Notes: generated from the sequence alone by a model not told the origin. DNA of 20,745 bases from a virus (IMGVR_UViG_3300043438_001962), one strand, 5' to 3'; shown: positions 7,956 to 16,655, numbered from the stretch's first letter. A program made the numbers and translations.

Positions 7956-10208
7956 TTATGATATTGATATTGTTACACCTTTTGTTGTTTGAAGAGTGCT
8001 ATAGGATGTATAGTTAGTGTATGGTGGTGATGAAGTTCCATTAAGTGCTAATAGTTTAATACCCGACCAAGTTGATGATGCGTAACTCGTTAATAAATTA
8101 TTAATGTTAGTACTATTAAGTCCACTACCAAGTATTTCAATTTGATTTAAATCAGTAAAAATTCTTGAACTATTTGAGAATGTTGATATTGTGTTATTAC
8201 CGCTAATGACTAAAAATCTAATATTTAAATGAACTAATGATAAATCACCAGATATTGTGTTATTACCTAGTATAGTAACATTACGATTGTTAGATGGTAA
8301 ATCTTGAATATTTCCTGAAATTGTATTATTACCATTAATATATAATTGTTGATTAATGTAAGAATTACCTAAACCACTAATATTTCCTGTAACAGTGTTA
8401 TTACCATCTAATCTTAAACTTGCATTAGTTTTTAAATTAACACCACTAATATTTCCTGAAATAGTGTTATTCCCCAGAATAATTATTGTAGATAACGTTG
8501 TATAATTTAATGTTCCAATATTACCATAGAGAGTGTTACTACCTGCAACCTCTAAGAATGTTAGATTTGGTGGTAATGTTGATATATCACCTGTTACAGA
8601 ATTTTGCCCATATAATTGTATAACAGTTACAGAATTAGATAAACCTCCTAAATCACCTGAAACAGTATTAAGTCCTCTTAATTGTATTCTAAATAAATTA
8701 GGTGTTGACATTAAAGAAATGTCATTAGTGATAGTGTTTTGACCTGTAATCTGTAAATCCTCCATTAATGGTGGGCAATTACCAATATTACCAGTTATAG
8801 TATTATTACCACCAACAAAAAAGTTTTTTAATGTTGTCGGTAAATTAGATATATTACCTGATATATTATTTGATTGGTTTGGGAGACTCTGGAATAAATC
8901 TACACCAAATGTTTCTAAACTGCTTGGTAAATTTGCAACATTTCCGGAACAACTAGTTAAGTTTGACGCAAAAGAAATTAACGTTGATGGTAATAAACTT
9001 ATATTACCTGATGTGAAAAAACCAGAACCATAATTACCAAATGTTGTTAATCCATCTAAAATATTTATTTGAGAAGTTTCGACTTCTAAATATCTAACAC
9101 TATTTGAAGTTATTTGAGGAGACACACCTCCAGGTGATAATTGGGTTATAGATGTTAAATCTGCTGTCTGAATTAATATGTTTCCTGTGTAAGGTGTTGA
9201 ATACGTATGTGTAATGTTAATTGACCCTGCCGGATAATTTGTTGTATTACCATCTCCCCAAACAACTCTAAACGGTAAAGATGTAATTACTATAAATGAT
9301 TGTAATGAAGGGCTTACTGTGATACTATTCAAACTTCTCGCAATCATCGTGAAAGTTTGACCGTATGGTGGTAATATTGGTGTTGATGATGTAGGTGTTA
9401 ATGTTTGAGTTGGTGTAGGTGTTAATGTTTTAGTTGGGGTAGGTGTCTGAGTCAATGTCTGAGTCAGTGTTTGAGTTGGAGTATTAGTAGGGACAGCCCC
9501 TGATGTTTGAGTTAAAGTTTGGGTAGGTGTTTGTGTAGGTGTATTAGTTGGGGTTGTGGTTAATGTTTGTGTAGGTGTTTGTGTAGGTGATGCCGTTTGA
9601 GATAAAGTAGGTGTTTGAGTTGGTGTAGGTGTTAACGTAGGTGTTTGAGTAGGTGTAGGTGTTGGACCTGACAATACGCATACGGTATTTGCCGTAAAAT
9701 CACCATATGAATCCACAATAGTCGCAGGATATGACCCCGATTCTAAATCCATAATTGCTGGTGATATACTACCATCGGACCAAGTAATGGTGTAAGGTGG
9801 TGTACCTCCTGTAATAGAAATAGAGGCTCTACCATCACGACCACCAACAGTTGACGGGTTTATTACCTCACATTCAACGGTCATTGGAAATATTGTAATT
9901 ACATCACATTCATTTGATTGAATATAAGTAATTGCTGGCTGAGGTGGAGGAGGTGGAAAACAACTATATGCGTTTTCTATACAATCAGAACGATTAGGAT
10001 ATAATACAACACTTCCATTTCCAGCATCATAAATTAATGACCCTGATGGTATCGGACCTTGTATTAGTGTCGCACATCCACTAAATGATGGTATTGTGAT
10101 TGCATAAACATTCCCTAAAATAGGAGTTGTTAATGTAAGGTCATTTACTCCGAAATAATTATCGGATTCATTTAATTTGACGCAACATGTTTGAAAATAA
10201 TATATCAT
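7956..10208 (-). CDS. 750-aa putative virion surface protein: Cys module, SprB repeat, Pro/Thr linker, PKD-like domain and ~13 leucine-rich repeats
   Basis: It contains GGTPPYTITWSDG (SprB-like), a PT tract at about 9380-9665 and VVWGDGNTT...THTY (PKD-like). It then has 22-24-aa repeats with consensus (I/V)(S/T)G(N/D)I-x-x-L-P-x-x-L-x-x-L-x-(I/L)-x-G-x-N-T, followed by a cap (LNSTNINNLL). Confidence 0.7.
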   Translation of the reverse strand: MIYYFQTCCVKLNESDNYFGVNDLTLTTPILGNVYAITIPSFSGCATLIQGPIPSGSLIYDAGNGSVVLYPNRSDCIENAYSCFPPPPPQPAITYIQSNECDVITIFPMTVECEVINPSTVGGRDGRASISITGGTPPYTITWSDGSISPAIMDLESGSYPATIVDSYGDFTANTVCVLSGPTPTPTQTPTLTPTPTQTPTLSQTASPTQTPTQTLTTTPTNTPTQTPTQTLTQTSGAVPTNTPTQTLTQTLTQTPTPTKTLTPTPTQTLTPTSSTPILPPYGQTFTMIARSLNSITVSPSLQSFIVITSLPFRVVWGDGNTTNYPAGSINITHTYSTPYTGNILIQTADLTSITQLSPGGVSPQITSNSVRYLEVETSQINILDGLTTFGNYGSGFFTSGNISLLPSTLISFASNLTSCSGNVANLPSSLETFGVDLFQSLPNQSNNISGNISNLPTTLKNFFVGGNNTITGNIGNCPPLMEDLQITGQNTITNDISLMSTPNLFRIQLRGLNTVSGDLGGLSNSVTVIQLYGQNSVTGDISTLPPNLTFLEVAGSNTLYGNIGTLNYTTLSTIIILGNNTISGNISGVNLKTNASLRLDGNNTVTGNISGLGNSYINQQLYINGNNTISGNIQDLPSNNRNVTILGNNTISGDLSLVHLNIRFLVISGNNTISTFSNSSRIFTDLNQIEILGSGLNSTNINNLLTSYASSTWSGIKLLALNGTSSPPYTNYTSYSTLQTTKGVTISIS
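9380..9665 (-). repeat. Pro/Thr/Gln low-complexity tract
   Basis: It encodes about 95 aa of [14 protein letters not shown]-type repeats. Confidence 0.95.
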
Positions 10209-10228
10209 TATAATTTGTTTCTGTTATA

Positions 10229-11209
10229 CTATAAATAATCCTTTATTTGTTTTTTTACCAAAGATTTCATAACTTCTACATATTTTTTTGTTGAACTTTG
10301 AGAACTAACATAATCAAAAAAGTTAATATCCTCTTTTAATTTATCTAATGGGTTAATATTAATAAAATCTCCTTTATAAAATTTATCTTGTTTTTGATTA
10401 CCGGTCACACCCGCCATATGAAGAATTGGTTTATCTTCATATATTTTTATTGAGTCGGTTGCCCATGAAAATTCAAACTCGGGTGTAATTCTTGTCTCAA
10501 TTCCGTGTAACCATAAGTTCCATAATAATGACCACATTTCTGCGGTCCAAAATTGAATTTCACCGGGACTTATTGGGAATCTTCTTTGATAATCTAACAT
10601 TTGGTCATATAGTGGAACACAATCTGCATAAATTTTTTCCCATAATAACCAATCCGTATTTTTAATTAGGTATTGACCACCACCTGAATTTTCTTGATTA
10701 CATTCGATACATTCGACTGACACACCAATAACGTCGGCCATTTCGTTAAGTAATTGACCTTTACCGGATGTAGGGTGAGCACTTTCATAACGATTACAAC
10801 AATCCATAATATAGTTATATCCGATATAACCTATGGTATCGGATAAGTAAGTAATATCGTCATTAATTAAACTATCAAAATTTGGTAATTTTCTGAATAT
10901 AATATCAGAATCGTGTAAGAAGAAACATTTACCATGTTCAGGAAAATCTTTTAACCATTTTGAAATTAAAAAAGGTTTAACTGTCGGTATATAATGTTTT
11001 TGAGGTCTATCGTCGATATAATGATGTACGTTAACTCCGGTATCTTTTAATTTTAAAGATTCTTTAGTTGGTTTACCATCTTTACTTATTATTCCAAGTA
11101 ATACGTGTATTTGATTAGGGGGAACACCATGTTCAATAAAGTTATGTATATACACCATTATTTGCCAATGGAAATAAGGTACATCAGGTTGTGCTGTAAC
11201 AAAAATCAT
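10229..11209 (-). CDS. GT-A fold glycosyltransferase resembling plant peptidyl-serine galactosyltransferase / hydroxyproline O-arabinosyltransferase (SERGT1/HPAT; GT96/GT95-like)
   Basis: Motifs occur in the family order: PYFHWQ (aa 11-16), YIPTVKPFLISKWL, FFLHDSDIIFR (DxD at aa 100-102) and FWTAEMWSL (W221). They parallel the SERGT1 motifs YFDWQ / YPAINKP / ILDADMI / WISEMY as I recall them. There is no signal peptide or TM anchor. Confidence 0.7.
   Translation of the reverse strand: MIFVTAQPDVPYFHWQIMVYIHNFIEHGVPPNQIHVLLGIISKDGKPTKESLKLKDTGVNVHHYIDDRPQKHYIPTVKPFLISKWLKDFPEHGKCFFLHDSDIIFRKLPNFDSLINDDITYLSDTIGYIGYNYIMDCCNRYESAHPTSGKGQLLNEMADVIGVSVECIECNQENSGGGQYLIKNTDWLLWEKIYADCVPLYDQMLDYQRRFPISPGEIQFWTAEMWSLLWNLWLHGIETRITPEFEFSWATDSIKIYEDKPILHMAGVTGNQKQDKFYKGDFININPLDKLKEDINFFDYVSSQSSTKKYVEVMKSLVKKQIKDYL
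10230..10237 (-). promoter_or_regulatory. TATTTATA motif, candidate late promoter
   Basis: It overlaps the last codons of the glycosyltransferase gene (TAT TTA TAG) and lies 21 nt before the start at 10208. Confidence 0.4.
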
Positions 11210-11247
11210 ATTATATAAAACGTTTTTAATTAAATATAAATGACAAT

Positions 11248-11255
11248 CAAATGTA
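11248..11255 (-). promoter_or_regulatory. Possible Bacteroidota-type -7 element (TACATTTG) for the glycosyltransferase gene
   Basis: It matches TAnnTTTG on the - strand, 38 nt upstream of the ATG at 11209. No TTG -33 element is present at the expected spacing. Confidence 0.3.
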
Positions 11256-11275
11256 ATAAATGGTAAAGATGATGA

Positions 11276-11283
11276 TATTTATA
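11276..11283 (+). promoter_or_regulatory. TATTTATA motif, candidate late promoter
   Basis: The sequence reads TATTTATA-TAAT-ATG, the same 4-nt spacing as at 6898. Confidence 0.5.
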
Positions 11284-11287
11284 TAAT

Positions 11288-11467
11288 ATGAAACTGATTA
11301 GAACAATATCGAATTTGGTAACTGAATCTAAAAAAATTTACGAAGAAGCCTGTGAAAAAGGTGTCAACGAAAAAGAATTAGATAGATTAGAAAAAAACTA
11401 CAACGAATCCTTAAAACTTTTAAGGATTTATGAGGGTTTGAATAAAACCAAACAAGAAAATATTTAA
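11288..11467 (+). CDS. 59-aa charged, probably helical/coiled-coil hypothetical protein (not in the ORF track)
   Basis: My translation is MKLIRTISNLVTESKKIYEEACEKGVNEKELDRLEKNYNESLKLLRIYEGLNKTKQENI*. It fills the gap between 11209 and 11464, has the TATTTATA motif upstream, and its stop overlaps the stop of the convergent gene (TTAA at 11464-11467). Confidence 0.7.
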   Translation: MKLIRTISNLVTESKKIYEEACEKGVNEKELDRLEKNYNESLKLLRIYEGLNKTKQENI

Positions 11468-14400
11468 GTCCAAGAATATTTTATTTCAACTCCACTAATA
11501 TGGACTGTCCATCTCATAGTATCTCCAACAGCACCGGTTACTTGTATATCTAAAGCATCATTTGTATCATCCGCAGATATTGTAACGTCATACAAAGCGT
11601 TATCTTCAACATCTGTCCCTATGGTTGATACCGGACTCGCACCAATTAATGAAGTTGTTCCACCTACATTTTTAATGGCAACTTTTCTTATATAGTGAGC
11701 TGCTGATGTACCACCACTAGTAATTCCTGCAATATTAATAGTAACAAACATTGCGGTTTCGTTTAAAACTGATATTCTTTGTGATGAACCATCTAAAAAA
11801 ATGTTAACAGTTGTTACACCTGTTGTTGTATTTCTACCTAATAAATCTATTTGTTGTGTCTCACCTGTACCGGTAAATGGTGTCCAAGTTCCATTTGCAA
11901 ACGACCTTTGTCCAAAACGAGGAGCACAAGCTCTATTACCGCCAATAATAGATGAATTTTCTCCATACGCTCTATTAAGAAAACCTCCCGTTACTGTTGA
12001 AGATGCTCCAGATGCGACATTTAGTTGACCACCACCAATTGTTGAATTTGCCCCCGATGCGGTATTTTCTCTACCACCCCCAACAGTTGAATAATTATCA
12101 CTTGCTGAATTACAAAAACCTCCGGCAATCGTTGCACGATTTCCATTTACAGTATTATCCCATCCACCACCTATTGTTGAAAAAAATCCTGAAACGATAT
12201 TACTTATACCACCACCAATAACTGAGGTACACCCTGATGCGGTGTTACAAAACCCACCACCTATTGTTGAATCAACACCTGAGGCGATATTACTTCTACC
12301 ACCACCAATAAATGAGTTAGTACCTTGTGTTGTGTTAAAACCACCACCGGCAATTGTTGAACGATAACCGTTAGCACAATTACCTCGTCCACCACCAATA
12401 GAAGAATCTCTACATACTGAATTATTCTCTCGACCTCCACCAATAAATGAATATTCTCCTAATAACGTATTACATCTACCACCACCTATTGTTGAATCTA
12501 TTCCACCTGATGTATTACATCTACCACCGGCAATTGTTGAAGTAGAACCTGATGATGTATTATTTGAACCACCACCAATAAATGAATAAACTCCTGATGC
12601 CGTATTACAATTACCACCACCAACAACAGTTGAAGTTGATGATGATATGTTACCACCACCACTACCTACAAAAGAACGTAAACCTGATGCCGTATTACCA
12701 TTACCACCACCTATTGTTGAAAAACAACATGATGCCGTGTTTTTAAAACCACCACCAACAGTTGACCAACAACCTGAAGATAAATTACAACTACCACCAC
12801 CAATAAATGAAGTACATCCTGATGCGGTGTTACAATATCCACCACCCACAAATGAAAAACAATTACTTGAAGTGTTTCCTGTACCTCCACCTACAAATGA
12901 AAAATATTCGGAAGAGGTGTTTTTACAACCACCACCAACAAATGATGACTTACATGAGAGATGACAGACACCTGTACCAACAAATGAACCACTTCGTGCA
13001 CAATTACAAAATCCATTTGATATGATTGAATAACTACCACATGCGGTGTTTTTACGGCCTCCTATGATAGCGGAACTAGTACCATAAACTATGTTACAAC
13101 AACCACCACCAATAAATGACTGATAACCGTATCCAACACAATTAGATTGTCCCCCAACTATAGATGAATATTTAGTATAATATGAAGATATATAATTAGA
13201 TTTACCACCACCAATTGTTGAAAACACACTTGATACTGTATTTCCTGAACCACCAACAATTGACGAACAATTACCGATAGCACAATTAGTAGTACCACCA
13301 CCGACAAATGATAATGCTGATGTCACATTTTTACAACCTCCGGCAATTGTTGAGGTATTACCTGATGCTATATTACAACATCCAGCGCCAATAAATGAAT
13401 AAGCTCCTGAAGATGTGTTACTTAGTCCACCGGCAATTGTTGACCTAAAACATGAAGATGTGTTAGATTGTCCACCACCAACTGTTGAATACTGAGACGA
13501 TGCTATGTTCTTACACCCACCTCCAACAAATGAACAATTTCCTGACGCGGTATTATTTCTACCACCGGATATTGTTGAATCTATTCCTCCTGATGTATTA
13601 TTTCTACCTCCGGCAATTGTTGAAGTTTGCCCTGTGGCGACATTTAAACTTCCACCACCAATGAATGAAAAATTACCTGAAACTGTGTTTTGATTACCAC
13701 CACCAATTGTTGATGAGGTACCAGATACTATATTACCAACACCACCACCAATTGTTGTACAATAGTCTAAAGCGTTATTATTTATACCTCCCCCAATAAA
13801 TGTATAATTACAAGAGACTGTATTATTTCTACCACCGGCTATTGTTGAATAATTACCATTAGATTCGTTACTAAAACCCCCACCAATTGTTGAATGAGGA
13901 CCTGAAGCAATATTACTACTACCACCACCAATAAATGAACATGCCCCCGATGCTGTGTTTTTATAACCACCACCAATTGTTGAAGTACTACCAGAAACAG
14001 TATTACCACAACCACCACCAATAAATGAATGAGTTCCTCCACTAATAATGTTTTGATTTCCCCCAACTACAACTGAAAAATCTGTTGTTCCCGAGTTTGA
14101 TGACCCACCTAATACTGCACTACAATTTCCCGATGCAAGATTACTAACACCACATCTAACAGATGAGTTAACACCTGTTCCGGTTATAATTACGGCTGAT
14201 GAACCACCACCTCCACCACCGGCAATAGGTACTAAAAGTCCATTTGTGCTAACTCCAACATAACAACCACTACAAGTACTCATAGAGTCAATAATCATGT
14301 CGTTAACAAATGTTGTACAATTTCTATTTGCAGTTATATTACTACCAACAATCATAGCACATGTGCAACCACTAGTATTATTAGACGAACCACCTAATAT

Positions 14401-16638
14401 TGATGAATAATTACCGGATGATATATTACCTCTACCACCACCAATAAATGAATGGGTACTTGTTATAGTATTTTGACTACCACCAACAATACTTGAAGTG
14501 GCACCTGATACGGTATTACCAATACCTCCCCCAATAAATCCTTGACAAAATCCACCTGAACTTGTTGTAAAATTTCGTAAAAGTGGTTGTGACGAAGGGA
14601 ACGCTCCCATTGCGGCAGTTGCTCCAGTAACATATAAGTTTGTATATGGTGATGAATATGTTTGACCTGTAATAACTACGTTTCTACTACATCCAAAATT
14701 GTCATATGTTAATAAAAGGTCGTTTACACTAAATGATGATAATTGATTCCCGTACAATTGTATTGTACAAGTGTTTGCCGAATATGATGATATTACTTGA
14801 GAATTACCTATAAAGTTTAATGCTCCACCACCAATCATTGAATGACTAGCAAATGTTACATTAACGCTTCCGCCTCCAATAACACCAAAGTCTTCTACGA
14901 CTCTATTATTATTACCACTTACAATACCACCACCATAAGAACATTGACCTAAACAGTTTCCACATCCACCTAAAATTGCTGCTCTAACTCCATATGTTTT
15001 ATTATTTAATCCTCCACCAATAACACCATCTTCACCAACGCCTGTTGTACCCGATATCATATTACTTCTACCACCACCAATAAATCCAAATTCGTTACAT
15101 ATTGTATTACTAATACCACCGGCAATTACTGAATTTGATGGGTTCAGTGTATTACTAGTAATACGATTGTTAAACCCACCACCTATTGAAGAAGATGTTC
15201 CACAAATAAAATTAAATCTACCACCGGCAATTGTTGAGTAATTACAACATGAGGTATTAAAACAACCTCCCCCAACTGTTGAACAACCACCTACTGAACA
15301 GTTAAGATAACCACCACCAATTGTTGAACAATTTCCTGATGCGGTATTTCGACGACCACCACCAATAAATGATGTAGCTCCTGATGAGATATTACAACAA
15401 CCACCACCAATCGTACCATATACTGTATACACAATATTTGATTTTCCACCACCAATGAATGAATAAGGACTACAGGTAATATTACATCTACCTCCAGTAA
15501 TTGTTGATTTATCTCCACAAACAGTATTTTGCATTCCACCACCAATGGTTGAACTGTCACAATAAGATTTGTTATTCGCTCCACCACCAACAGTTGAGTT
15601 ATTCGCTAAGGCATAGTTGCAATAACCACCGGCAATAGTTGCATCACCACTATTTGCTCCTGGACCAATAACACATGCTAAATTATATCCACCACCACCA
15701 ATTGTATTTCTTGGCCCAATAACAACATTACAACAACCACCGATTATTGTTGAAGTATTTCCTGATATTCTGTTATAATCACCCCCACCAATGAATGATG
15801 TTGTCCCACCACTAATTATGTTTTTAGACCCCCCAACTACAACTGAAGAATCTGTTGTTGCTGAGTTTGAAATACCACCACCAATAAATGAATTGTTTCC
15901 TGATGCGGTATTTTGTTGACCACCAACTATTGTTGAGGTTATATTTGTTGATGAGTTTAATATACCACCACCAATAAATGAATTGTCTCCTAATGCTTGA
16001 TTTTCTTGACCACCACCTACGGTTGAACCACCGCATGAGGTATTACAAAGTCCCCCACCAATAAAAGAATAATTATCTGATAAGGTATTCTTACTACCAC
16101 CACCAATTGTACTTCCTATTGAATTATTGCAAATAATATTACAATAACCTCCAGCAATTGTAGAACTTCGTGTTACATTTTTACCAACACCCACAAAAAT
16201 ACTATTATAAAGACCACCACCAATTGTTGATGTACCACCTGAAACACTATTACAAAAACCACCACTTATAGTTGAATCATTATTTGATACCGTATTACAA
16301 CGACCACCTCCAATAAACGAATGTGTTCCTCCACTAACTACATTTTGTCGTCCACCAACAACCATTGAATAGTTTGTAGTTGCTGAGTTTGAATATCCAC
16401 CTAAAGCACCGGAATTATCTCCTGATGCAAGATTATTAACATCTCTTCTAATTGATGAGTTAACACCTGTACCACTTACAATTACAACAAATGGTGAACC
16501 ACTAATTGCTTCATCGATTGTTGATTTATATGATGAACCTGCAGGATTTTGAGTCGGGTTATTAGTATCAACAATGTGAATTAATGTTTGACTTGTTGTA
16601 AACCCTGATGGTGAATATGTTCTTTGAGTTAAAATCAT
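11464..16638 (-). CDS. 1724-aa long tail fibre / adhesin-like protein with 15-residue Gly-rich repeats and a C-terminal globular domain
   Basis: Dozens of (S/F)-x-I-G-G-G-x-x-N-x-A-S-G units occur with a 15-aa period. The N-terminus is short and anchor-like (LIHIVD...GSSYKSTI), and the last ~150 aa are non-repetitive and beta-rich. Confidence 0.7.
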   Translation of the reverse strand: MILTQRTYSPSGFTTSQTLIHIVDTNNPTQNPAGSSYKSTIDEAISGSPFVVIVSGTGVNSSIRRDVNNLASGDNSGALGGYSNSATTNYSMVVGGRQNVVSGGTHSFIGGGRCNTVSNNDSTISGGFCNSVSGGTSTIGGGLYNSIFVGVGKNVTRSSTIAGGYCNIICNNSIGSTIGGGSKNTLSDNYSFIGGGLCNTSCGGSTVGGGQENQALGDNSFIGGGILNSSTNITSTIVGGQQNTASGNNSFIGGGISNSATTDSSVVVGGSKNIISGGTTSFIGGGDYNRISGNTSTIIGGCCNVVIGPRNTIGGGGYNLACVIGPGANSGDATIAGGYCNYALANNSTVGGGANNKSYCDSSTIGGGMQNTVCGDKSTITGGRCNITCSPYSFIGGGKSNIVYTVYGTIGGGCCNISSGATSFIGGGRRNTASGNCSTIGGGYLNCSVGGCSTVGGGCFNTSCCNYSTIAGGRFNFICGTSSSIGGGFNNRITSNTLNPSNSVIAGGISNTICNEFGFIGGGRSNMISGTTGVGEDGVIGGGLNNKTYGVRAAILGGCGNCLGQCSYGGGIVSGNNNRVVEDFGVIGGGSVNVTFASHSMIGGGALNFIGNSQVISSYSANTCTIQLYGNQLSSFSVNDLLLTYDNFGCSRNVVITGQTYSSPYTNLYVTGATAAMGAFPSSQPLLRNFTTSSGGFCQGFIGGGIGNTVSGATSSIVGGSQNTITSTHSFIGGGRGNISSGNYSSILGGSSNNTSGCTCAMIVGSNITANRNCTTFVNDMIIDSMSTCSGCYVGVSTNGLLVPIAGGGGGGSSAVIITGTGVNSSVRCGVSNLASGNCSAVLGGSSNSGTTDFSVVVGGNQNIISGGTHSFIGGGCGNTVSGSTSTIGGGYKNTASGACSFIGGGSSNIASGPHSTIGGGFSNESNGNYSTIAGGRNNTVSCNYTFIGGGINNNALDYCTTIGGGVGNIVSGTSSTIGGGNQNTVSGNFSFIGGGSLNVATGQTSTIAGGRNNTSGGIDSTISGGRNNTASGNCSFVGGGCKNIASSQYSTVGGGQSNTSSCFRSTIAGGLSNTSSGAYSFIGAGCCNIASGNTSTIAGGCKNVTSALSFVGGGTTNCAIGNCSSIVGGSGNTVSSVFSTIGGGKSNYISSYYTKYSSIVGGQSNCVGYGYQSFIGGGCCNIVYGTSSAIIGGRKNTACGSYSIISNGFCNCARSGSFVGTGVCHLSCKSSFVGGGCKNTSSEYFSFVGGGTGNTSSNCFSFVGGGYCNTASGCTSFIGGGSCNLSSGCWSTVGGGFKNTASCCFSTIGGGNGNTASGLRSFVGSGGGNISSSTSTVVGGGNCNTASGVYSFIGGGSNNTSSGSTSTIAGGRCNTSGGIDSTIGGGRCNTLLGEYSFIGGGRENNSVCRDSSIGGGRGNCANGYRSTIAGGGFNTTQGTNSFIGGGRSNIASGVDSTIGGGFCNTASGCTSVIGGGISNIVSGFFSTIGGGWDNTVNGNRATIAGGFCNSASDNYSTVGGGRENTASGANSTIGGGQLNVASGASSTVTGGFLNRAYGENSSIIGGNRACAPRFGQRSFANGTWTPFTGTGETQQIDLLGRNTTTGVTTVNIFLDGSSQRISVLNETAMFVTINIAGITSGGTSAAHYIRKVAIKNVGGTTSLIGASPVSTIGTDVEDNALYDVTISADDTNDALDIQVTGAVGDTMRWTVHISGVEIKYSWT
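11930..16440 (-). repeat. Two arrays of degenerate 45-nt coding repeats
   Basis: CCACCACCAATTGTTGA / CCACCACCAATAAATGA recur on the + strand at roughly 45-nt intervals. They are interrupted by an insert at about 14545-14810 and a neck/linker at about 14190-14400. Confidence 0.9.
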
Positions 16639-16655
16639 TGGTTTTTGTTTTATAT

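Larger units (their letters stand above)
11207..11290. repeat. 13-bp perfect inverted repeat containing both divergent start codons
   Basis: CATATTATATAAA (11207-11219) is the exact reverse complement of TTTATATAATATG (11278-11290), with a 58-nt spacer. Confidence 0.8.

Noticed and set aside
5230-8742. Nested ORFs 5230-5418, 5548-5787, 5701-5904 and 8533-8742 (and likewise 19496-19744)
   Set aside because: They lie wholly inside long, well-supported genes and have no recognisable motifs.
10209-10231. Possible stop-codon reassignment (TAG) as in some large phages
   Set aside because: All genes read as long intact ORFs in the standard code. Reading through the single TAG stop adds only YNRNKL before a TAA and fuses nothing.
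11801-16036. Several short overlapping ORFs (11801-12028, 11997-12221, 12261-12443, 12647-12964, 12807-13025, 13505-13693, 13839-14066, 15291-15590, 15824-16036)
   Set aside because: They are antisense or alternate-frame shadows of the Gly-rich repeat gene. GGN codons give poly-Pro on the opposite strand and poly-Val or poly-Trp in shifted frames. None has an initiation signal.
11930-16440. Regularly spaced repeats that could be taken for a CRISPR array or DGR template/variable repeats
   Set aside because: The repeats are degenerate, in frame and protein-coding. There are no unique spacers, no adenine-specific mismatch pattern that I could see, and no reverse transcriptase in the window.
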